From: Candidatus Omnitrophota bacterium
GTDB lineage: Bacteria > Omnitrophota > Gorgyraeia > Zapsychrales > JANLHA01
Direction: 5' to 3'
Assembly: GCA_963662715.1 (NCBI GenBank)
Contig: OY759724.1
Location: 1,710,001 to 1,742,000, forward strand
Length of the DNA: 32,000 nt
Position 1 is the first letter of the stretch. Every line of letters begins with the position of its first letter. Of the stretch, positions 16,840-23,539 are shown one piece after another. Below the pieces are notes generated by a model, which saw nothing but the letters and a program-made list of their open reading frames with translations, did not search any database and was not told the DNA's origin. Made by a program: the position numbers and the translations under genes.

Positions 16840-17610
16840 ATGAAGATAAAGAAGCCTGAAAAATGTATAACAATTGCCAGGGACGGACAGGAAGTTCATT
16901 TTGACCATTACCGGTTCGGCCACAAGAAGGTCATTGTCATAGCGCACGGCTTTTTCAACAGCAAGTCTTCCGTCCTGTTAAAGGAGCTGGGAGCCGCTCA
17001 TTGTGACCAGTATGATGTTGTTCTCCTGGATTTCCGCGGGCACGGGGAAAGTAAGGGGCTTTTTTTCTGGACGACCAAAGAACCGATGGATCTGGAAGCT
17101 GTTTTGCAGTATGTTGCCCCGCTGTATGAACGCGTGGGCCTGATAGGATTTTCTCTGGGAGGGGCGATCAGCCTGATTGTTTCGGCACGGACAGATCTTG
17201 TGCACAGCTTGATTTCCGTCAGTGCTCCCACAGAATTCGAACGGATCGATTACCGGTTTTGGGAACTGGATATGGAGACAGACATTATTTATAACCTGGT
17301 CGGCGACGGACGCTTCGGCAAGGGCGTCAGGCCCGGCCCGTTCTGGCTGAAAAAGGAGAAACCCATTCATGTTGTCCCTCGAATAAAAGTTCCGGTGTTC
17401 TATATGCATGGCGAGGCCGACTGGCTGATCAAGCCCTGGCATGCCCAGGAATTGTACGACAAAACCGTTTCTTACAAAAATTTGATGATGATCAAAGACG
17501 GCCCTCACGCCGAATATTTAATCATGAAAAACCGGGGCGAGACGGTTCAGGCCATTAAGACCTGGTGGCAGGAAACGCTGGTCTCCGACAAGAGGGAGGA
17601 GTTTTTATGA
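16840..17610 (+). CDS. Alpha/beta-fold hydrolase (lipase/esterase or lysophospholipase-like)
   Basis: The protein has VIVIAHGFFNS, a GFSLGG nucleophile elbow (Ser105), MHGEADWLI, and DGPHAE (putative catalytic Asp/His). It is 256 aa. Confidence 0.8.
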   Translation: MKIKKPEKCITIARDGQEVHFDHYRFGHKKVIVIAHGFFNSKSSVLLKELGAAHCDQYDVVLLDFRGHGESKGLFFWTTKEPMDLEAVLQYVAPLYERVGLIGFSLGGAISLIVSARTDLVHSLISVSAPTEFERIDYRFWELDMETDIIYNLVGDGRFGKGVRPGPFWLKKEKPIHVVPRIKVPVFYMHGEADWLIKPWHAQELYDKTVSYKNLMMIKDGPHAEYLIMKNRGETVQAIKTWWQETLVSDKREEFL

Positions 17611-18359
17611 AATCCTGGATGATGACTCTCGGGCAGATATGTTTTACCCTTTTTATGTATGTCATGGGAGCCCTTTTTTTCGGCATGGCCCTTATGCCGG
17701 GTTTGGCTTTTATATTCCAGGTTTGGAGCGCGTCCCTGTCCCTGCCGATCCTGGCCCGGACATTCTGTCTCGGGGTATCTTTGGCCTTGGCGTACTTTCT
17801 TTTCGGCTTAACCCTGATCCTGTTAGTCGGATTATTCCGCTGGCTGTTCCGTCTGCGTCTGACGGAAGGGAATTACCCGATATTCTCTTTGCCGGCGCTG
17901 AGATGGGCTTTTATCAGCTCCCTTTACCTGATGATTAATTTCACGTTTATTGATTTTATTCTTTTGACCCCTTTTGCCAATCTTCTTTTCCGTTTGCTGG
18001 GCGCCAAGCTGGGGAAAAATGTTCAGTTCAATTCTAAGTTCGTTTTTGACGCGACTCTCCTGGAAATAGGGGATAATACGGTCATCGGAGGCGGGGCTAT
18101 TATTATCGGGCATATCGTTGAGCGGGGTCTTCTGAGATTGAAAAAAGTCAAGATCGGGCGGAACGTCACCATCGGTTCTCACGCTACGATTATGCCGGGC
18201 TGTGAAATCGGAGACGGAGCGATGATCGGGGCCAGTGCCGTTCTCCTGAAGGATACCCAGGTCGGCCGAAGAGAAATTTGGTTCGGGATTCCGGCGGAAC
18301 AGATGAGACGGAACAGCCTGCCGCAAACGCCCGGAAAAGATGAGGCGGGAGCCCCCTGA
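17607..18359 (+). CDS. Integral membrane protein with C-terminal left-handed beta-helix (hexapeptide-repeat) acyltransferase-like domain
   Basis: ATG 17607 overlaps the hydrolase stop (ATGA at 17607-17610). There are ~4 hydrophobic segments in aa 1-135. Hexapeptide repeats follow (EIGDNTVIGGGAIIIGH; KIGRNVTIGSHATIMPGCEIGDGAMIGASAVLL). Confidence 0.75.
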   Translation: MKSWMMTLGQICFTLFMYVMGALFFGMALMPGLAFIFQVWSASLSLPILARTFCLGVSLALAYFLFGLTLILLVGLFRWLFRLRLTEGNYPIFSLPALRWAFISSLYLMINFTFIDFILLTPFANLLFRLLGAKLGKNVQFNSKFVFDATLLEIGDNTVIGGGAIIIGHIVERGLLRLKKVKIGRNVTIGSHATIMPGCEIGDGAMIGASAVLLKDTQVGRREIWFGIPAEQMRRNSLPQTPGKDEAGAP

Positions 18360-18367
18360 CCCCGGGG

Positions 18368-18616
18368 TTACTGTTTTAATAAATCTTTTATCTTCTGGCA
18401 GGTGTCGTGGGGCAGATTCTGGCCCTTGAGCTGGTCGCTGTCGTTGAAATCCGGGTAATGGCTGAAAATTTTTTTTAAGGCCGTAATCTGCCTGCGGTAA
18501 TAGCAGCAGGTCAGGCACACCCGCAGATGCAAATGGACGAGCAGCCGTTTATAGAGCGGCAGGGAATGATCCAGCCCTTCTGAAATGAGTTTTGATGTTT
18601 CTTTGCAAGATAACAT
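18368..18616 (-). CDS. Small soluble zinc-binding anti-sigma factor (ZAS, HxxxCxxC)
   Basis: The product MLSCKETSKLISEGLD...HLHLRVCLTCC contains H-x3-C-x2-C. It is 82 aa, has no hydrophobic segment, and lies immediately downstream of the ECF sigma gene (22-nt gap, GGAG SD). ATG 18616 is preferred over 18709, which would overlap the sigma gene. Confidence 0.7.
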   Translation of the reverse strand: MLSCKETSKLISEGLDHSLPLYKRLLVHLHLRVCLTCCYYRRQITALKKIFSHYPDFNDSDQLKGQNLPHDTCQKIKDLLKQ

Positions 18617-18638
18617 GAACAGGCACTCCGTTTTTCTG

Positions 18639-19256
18639 CTATTTAGTCGGCCGCCTTTTCTTTTCCTTACGGGCGCCGGGCCGTTCTCCTTCAAACCAGT
18701 TTGCCTCAAGACAGGCCCGAAGCTGTGTCCGGGTCCGGTGCATAATAACCCACAAGTTCGTCGAAGTGATTTTAAGGATTTTGCAGATTAGATCACTGGA
18801 CATCTGTTCGATTTCCCGCAGTAAAAATGCGTCTTGATTGATTCTCGGTAATTTTTGCAGGCAGGATCTCAGAACATCCCAGAACTCTTTGCTTTCCAGG
18901 ACTTCATCAGGATTCGGCGTCCACGGGGCCGGGAACTGTTTGGGTTTGCCGACCACATCAAAGAAGCTGTTGACCGTTTCTTCGTTTTCATGAATGTCTG
19001 ACACGGGTTTTTCCCGGTAAGAGTGACGGATATGATCGATAATTTTATGCTTCAGGATGCCGACCAGCCAGGTGCGTTCCGAGGATTTCCCGGCAAAGTT
19101 GTCTTTGGATTTCAGCGCCGCCAGAAATGTCTCCTGCACCAGGTTCTCTGCTTCATCGGGATTTCGCAGACGGCCCAAGGCATAGCGGTAAAGATATGTC
19201 CCGTAGAGGTCGACCCATTGGGCCGGGTCAGAAAGTTTATTTTCCGGGGAAGGCAT
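18639..19256 (-). CDS. ECF-type RNA polymerase sigma-70 family factor
   Basis: Region 2 reads YLYRYALGRLRNPDEAENLVQETFLAAL. Region 4 reads QDAFLLREIEQMSSDLICKILKITSTNLWVIMHRTRTQLRACL. I favour ATG 19256 (MPSPENK) over 19292. The start is uncertain by 12 codons. Confidence 0.85.
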   Translation of the reverse strand: MPSPENKLSDPAQWVDLYGTYLYRYALGRLRNPDEAENLVQETFLAALKSKDNFAGKSSERTWLVGILKHKIIDHIRHSYREKPVSDIHENEETVNSFFDVVGKPKQFPAPWTPNPDEVLESKEFWDVLRSCLQKLPRINQDAFLLREIEQMSSDLICKILKITSTNLWVIMHRTRTQLRACLEANWFEGERPGARKEKKRRPTK

Positions 19257-19530
19257 ATGACATGTATCCTGATTTAGTTTATAGATTAACAAAATCTAAA
19301 AATCAAAGCAATAGAATTTTCCGTTTCATGCAGCAATCCGTTTTGTCCGAGAGGATATTTCCACTTATCGGGGGAGTTGTCCGGCTCCGTTCGGATAGGT
19401 TTTCAAGCTGCCTATTATCCAGCCTATTATTTAACAAAACATAGTTTTGCGGAAAATTAGTTTTAGATTGTCTCCTTTTATATTAATATATTAAAATCAC
19501 GTTTATCATTACTGAAAGGAGTTTCTTGGC

Positions 19531-20043
19531 ATGGGAGATAAAATAAAGATTGTCATGCTTGATGATGAAAAAGATTTGACTATGATTACGAAATCCAATT
19601 TGGAATTTAGCGGAAAGTTTGATGTCGTCACATTGAATGACCCGTTGAAAATAGAAGAAACGGTCATCCAGGAAAAACCGGACGTGATTCTTCTGGATGT
19701 TGTTATGCCTCAGCGGAAAGGGAATGAGATCGCCCTGGCATTGAAATCAAACCCGCAGACGAAGGATGTCCCGATTGTTATGGTCTCTGGCCGGGGAGAA
19801 ATGGTTTATCACAAAAAGAAGGATGCGTTTAAATGGGAGCCGAACAGAAAGGTTGTTGCCGAGCGGGGTGATCTGCCGGAAGGGCGGAGCGCGGAATCGC
19901 TCAGCGAAGCTTACGGCGTGGATGATTATGTCGCCAAGCCTTTTTCCACCCAAGTGCTTATGGATGTTATTGAAAATGTCTTGGCTGAGAGAAACAGCGG
20001 CAAGGAAGGCAATGAAGACGACGGTGGGGCTTCGGATTCCTGA
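19531..20043 (+). CDS. Single-domain response regulator receiver with ~28-aa insertion and acidic C-terminal tail
   Basis: The protein has IVMLDDEKD, PDVILLDVVMPQRKG, PIVMVSG, and YVAKPF. The distance from the conserved Ser to the conserved Lys is ~50 aa, against ~22 in CheY. The SD is GAAAGGAG. Confidence 0.8.
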   Translation: MGDKIKIVMLDDEKDLTMITKSNLEFSGKFDVVTLNDPLKIEETVIQEKPDVILLDVVMPQRKGNEIALALKSNPQTKDVPIVMVSGRGEMVYHKKKDAFKWEPNRKVVAERGDLPEGRSAESLSEAYGVDDYVAKPFSTQVLMDVIENVLAERNSGKEGNEDDGGASDS

Positions 20044-20084
20044 CGGGCAGGCTCCTTCGGGGGCGAAAAACGGATTATAAAATT

Positions 20085-20975
20085 ATGGATTTCCAGGGGA
20101 CAGTGGCTTTATTGGGGACAGGATTGCTGGGGGCAGCCTTGGCTGAAAGATTGCTCGAAAGAAAGCAACCTTTGGTCGTTTATAACAGAACTCCGGAAAA
20201 ACTGTCTGCTTTGAAAAATTTGGGGGCGGAATCCTTTGAGACTCCGCAGGAGGCCATCCGGCGGGCGTCTGTTATTATTTTAATGTTAAGCGACAGCCGG
20301 GCCATTGAGGAGGTCCTTTTCCCTGACGGCTTTAAGAATTTTTCCGGGAAAACATTCATTCAGATGGGGACAATTGCTCCGGCTGAAAGCCAGCGTCTCC
20401 TGTCCCGGATTCAAAGCCTGAACGGTGAGTATTTTGAATGTCCTGTCCTGGGCAGTATCCCGGAGGCCAGGTCCGGGAATTTAATCCTTATGGCCGGGGC
20501 GTCTGAGGAACAGTTCTTGCGGTGGAGGGATTTTCTGTCCTGTTTTGGTCCCCGTCCGAGACGGGTCGGTGCGGTCGGGCAGGCTGCGGCTATGAAACTG
20601 GCGCTGAACCAGCTTATTGCCGCCCTCGTATGCTCGTTTTCTGTATCCCTCGGTATTGTTGAAAAAAGGAGCATAGATGTTCAGCAGTTTATGGATGTGT
20701 TGCGGGAGAGTGCCTTGTACGCCAAGATGTTTGACAAAAAACTGCCCCGGATGCTTAAGAGAAATTTTGTTCAGCCCAATTTCCCCGTTAAACATCTTCT
20801 TAAGGATGTTCTTTTGATCCTGGATGAGATCGATAAAAATCAAATTTCGCCACTGCAAACAGCGGGCGTAAAAGGTATAATTGAAGAGGCTTTGCAGGAA
20901 GGGTTGGCGGAACAAGACTATTCGGCTGTTTTTAATGTCATCTGTCCGCGGACAGATTCGGGAGACAGGCCCTGA
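20085..20975 (+). CDS. NAD(P)-dependent beta-hydroxyacid dehydrogenase family oxidoreductase (HIBADH/6PGDH-NAD-binding type)
   Basis: The protein has a VALLGTGLLGAALAERL Rossmann motif, VVYNRTPEK, and GQAAAMKLALNQ (catalytic Lys block). Confidence 0.85.
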   Translation: MDFQGTVALLGTGLLGAALAERLLERKQPLVVYNRTPEKLSALKNLGAESFETPQEAIRRASVIILMLSDSRAIEEVLFPDGFKNFSGKTFIQMGTIAPAESQRLLSRIQSLNGEYFECPVLGSIPEARSGNLILMAGASEEQFLRWRDFLSCFGPRPRRVGAVGQAAAMKLALNQLIAALVCSFSVSLGIVEKRSIDVQQFMDVLRESALYAKMFDKKLPRMLKRNFVQPNFPVKHLLKDVLLILDEIDKNQISPLQTAGVKGIIEEALQEGLAEQDYSAVFNVICPRTDSGDRP

Positions 20976-20976
20976 T

Positions 20977-22290
20977 ATGTTCTTAAAATCAAAACATTAT
21001 CACATTAAAGGAGCTGTTTTGGAAAAAGGTCAACGTGTGCAGGGTATAAGAGTGGTGGCGGGGCTTCTTGTTATTTCAAACCTCCTTGTCCTTGTTTTTC
21101 ACTATATACTTCCCCATTTTTTTCAGCAGCAGATTTTTGAGGCGTTTATCCCTTTTATCTCCACTCTGGCCGTTTTCCCGTTTGATTTTTATCAATCTTA
21201 CCTTGTCCAGCAATGGGGCGCTCAGGTGGGCTGGATACTGGTGATACTCCTTTGCGCCTGGGGGATTCTTATCCATAAACAGTGGGCCCGCATGACTCTG
21301 ATCGTGCTGGGAATTATCCATTGTATTATCCTCGCTTTCATTGTCATCATGAAGCTGAACCAGTGGTATGTGATTATGCTGCAGTATTGTTTCCGTCTTT
21401 ATTTCAACCTGGTGGCTATCGGGTCTTATATCGGATTTTTGACCATGTATGAAGTCCGGAGCCAATTCGTTTCAGACCCGTTTTTTGACAAGGTGAATTT
21501 TTTGTTCAGGAAATTGTTCTGGAGGAACACCCCGATCGCCAGCGCCAGAGGTTATTACAACTTGGGGTTGGCTTATCGGCGGTTAGAACGCTTTTCGGAT
21601 GCTTTGCATTTCCTGGGGAGAGCCGTTGCCGAAGAACCGCGCAACGCGCATTTCCATTTTGAGCTGGGCCAGACACATTTTTTGCTGAGACATTGGCAGG
21701 AAGCCGTCGAGTCTTTTCAGAAAGCCGCGGCGTGTGATGTTGTTTTTCTCCCGGCGTATATTTTCCTGGGACGCGCCTTTCTTAATCAAGGCTGTGCGCA
21801 AGAGGCGGTCGCGGCGTTTTTGAAGGCCTCTCACGTGAGAAACGAAGACGGTGAAATATATTATTACCTGGGAGTGGCCTATCAGCAGGGGGCGAACATG
21901 ACAGAAGCCGAAGACGCTTTCCGGGAAGCGGTTCAGAAGGGCTTTCAATCCGTGGACAATTATTACCGTCTGGGGCAGGTGCTTTTCCATCATCTGGAAA
22001 AATATCATGAGGCCGAAAGCGCGTTGCTGAAAGCCGTGCAGGTTGATAAGAATCATACGGAAGCCCATTTCCTTTTAGGGTTAACGGCTATTAAGCTGTT
22101 GAAATATAAAGAAGCTATCCGTTCCTTTAAGAACACCCTTTCGCTAAGCCCTGAGCATAACCAGGCTCATTACCAGCTCGGTTTTTCTTACGCGATGATC
22201 GAAGACTTTGATTCGGCCCGCCGGGAATATTCTTACTTGCTGTCCGCGGATAAGGATTTAGCCGAAACTTTAAAACTGGTGTTGAAGTGA
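20977..22290 (+). CDS. Membrane protein with N-terminal polytopic region and C-terminal TPR repeats
   Basis: ATG 20977 lies 1 nt after the upstream TGA (20973-20975). There are ~5 hydrophobic segments in aa ~25-170. At least 6 TPR-like 34-mers follow (YYNLGLAYRRLERFSDALHFLGRAVAEEP..., HFELGQTHF..., YYYLGVAYQQ..., YYRLGQVLF..., HFLLGLTAI..., HYQLGFSYA...). Confidence 0.8.
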   Translation: MFLKSKHYHIKGAVLEKGQRVQGIRVVAGLLVISNLLVLVFHYILPHFFQQQIFEAFIPFISTLAVFPFDFYQSYLVQQWGAQVGWILVILLCAWGILIHKQWARMTLIVLGIIHCIILAFIVIMKLNQWYVIMLQYCFRLYFNLVAIGSYIGFLTMYEVRSQFVSDPFFDKVNFLFRKLFWRNTPIASARGYYNLGLAYRRLERFSDALHFLGRAVAEEPRNAHFHFELGQTHFLLRHWQEAVESFQKAAACDVVFLPAYIFLGRAFLNQGCAQEAVAAFLKASHVRNEDGEIYYYLGVAYQQGANMTEAEDAFREAVQKGFQSVDNYYRLGQVLFHHLEKYHEAESALLKAVQVDKNHTEAHFLLGLTAIKLLKYKEAIRSFKNTLSLSPEHNQAHYQLGFSYAMIEDFDSARREYSYLLSADKDLAETLKLVLK

Positions 22291-22300
22291 TTCAAGACAT

Positions 22301-23326
22301 ATGAAGAAGATACTGCTTATCGGCCTGGCCGTCCTGGCGGCCGTTTTGGCGCATGATGTTCTTGGCGCCGAGACCACACATCCCGGGGACACCCGCCGTC
22401 ACCGGGCACAGGCTGTAAATGCCTCTGCTCTTTCTGCCGCCCCGGCGCCTCGCCCTGACGCTGACGGGACCTCGCAGAATCAATCACCGGCGTTCCCCGA
22501 AGAGATAGAATCCGCGGATTTGATGAAATTAATCCCTCTTCATCAAATCAAGACAGCCCCGGGGCCGTATGACTGGCTGGCCACGCACCCGGAACCCGGC
22601 CAGGATTTTGATGATTACATCTCGTCGAGTCCCGTATCGCCGGACGCTGAGAGGAAATGTATCTATATCGTTCTGTTGGGGGATTTTGACTCTGTCAGAA
22701 AAACGATCATTGAAAAGACAGCGAGGTTTATCCAGGCGTATTATACATTGCCCGTCAGATTCCTGCCGCCGATACCCATGTCTGTTATCCCCCCGGAAGC
22801 CAGGCGAGTGCATCCGCAGACCCGGGATAAGCAGATCCTGACAACGTACGTTCTGGAATCCTTGTTAAAGCCCCTTGCCCCGGAAGACGCCTTTTGTCTG
22901 ATTGCCTTTACCTCCTCGGATTTATGGCCGGGAGAGGGCTGGAACTTTGTTTTCGGACAGGCGTCCTTGCCCGACAGGTTAGGGGTCTGGTCTGTTTACC
23001 GTAACGGCGACCCTCACGAAAGCGATGAGATGTACCGCTTATGTCTTTTGCGGAGCATCAAAACGGGGGTGCATGAAATCGGGCATATGTTTTCCATGCA
23101 TCATTGCATATATTTTGAATGTAATATGAACGGGAGCAATCACCGGCAAGAAAGTGACAGCCGGCCCGTCTGGCTGTGTCCTGTTTGCTTAAGAAAATTG
23201 CTCTGGGCGGTTCATGAAAATCCGGTTGAACGTTATAAAAATCTTGTTGAAATTTGTGAGGAATTCGGGTTAATGGCTGAGAAAAAATTTTTTGAAAGGT
23301 CCATTGAACTTTTGACGAGCCCCTGA
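22301..23326 (+). CDS. Archaemetzincin-like zinc metalloprotease (peptidase M54) with N-terminal signal peptide
   Basis: HEIGHMFSMHHCIYFECNM followed ~16 aa later by CPVC fits the archaemetzincin signature HEXXHXXGX3CX4CXMX17CXXC (Ser in place of Gly). The N-terminus MKKILLIGLAVLAAVLAHDVLGAE is signal-peptide-like. Confidence 0.8.
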   Translation: MKKILLIGLAVLAAVLAHDVLGAETTHPGDTRRHRAQAVNASALSAAPAPRPDADGTSQNQSPAFPEEIESADLMKLIPLHQIKTAPGPYDWLATHPEPGQDFDDYISSSPVSPDAERKCIYIVLLGDFDSVRKTIIEKTARFIQAYYTLPVRFLPPIPMSVIPPEARRVHPQTRDKQILTTYVLESLLKPLAPEDAFCLIAFTSSDLWPGEGWNFVFGQASLPDRLGVWSVYRNGDPHESDEMYRLCLLRSIKTGVHEIGHMFSMHHCIYFECNMNGSNHRQESDSRPVWLCPVCLRKLLWAVHENPVERYKNLVEICEEFGLMAEKKFFERSIELLTSP

Positions 23327-23469
23327 ATGAATTTCGTTTTTGCGGGACAGAAGAAAAGGTTTGCCGGGATTGTTCAGGCAACGGAAAAATTTGAGATAAC
23401 AGGATAAGATTGCAACATGTTGTTATACAAGTATTTATGTTTTATACGCAAGAAACGCTAAACACTATT

Positions 23470-23497
23470 TTGCTGAAGAGATATATTGTGCTATAAT
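23470..23497 (+). promoter_or_regulatory. Candidate extended -10 promoter (TTGCTG - 16 nt - TGcTATAAT)
   Basis: TTGCTG lies at 23470-23475, TG at 23489-23490 and TATAAT at 23492-23497. The site is ~45 nt upstream of ATG 23540 in an AT-rich 210-nt intergenic region. Confidence 0.45.
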
Positions 23498-23539
23498 TTA
23501 TATAAACAGGATTCTTTAAATATAAAGGATGATCTTTCC

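Noticed and set aside
18360-18367. The perfect 8-bp palindrome CCCCGGGG is the entire spacer between the convergent stop codons of the LbH gene (TGA 18357-18359) and the anti-sigma gene (TTA 18368-18370).
   Set aside because: It is too short to form a hairpin and has no flanking U-tracts. It shows that the convergent genes lack an obvious intrinsic terminator, but I cannot assign a function.
20051-20064. GCTCC-TTCG-GGGGC hairpin (UUCG tetraloop) just after the receiver gene stop, considered as a terminator.
   Set aside because: The stem is only 5 bp including a G-U pair, and no U-tract follows (GAAAAACGG). It is more likely an intercistronic stabilising hairpin, or nothing. The dehydrogenase gene starts 20 nt later.
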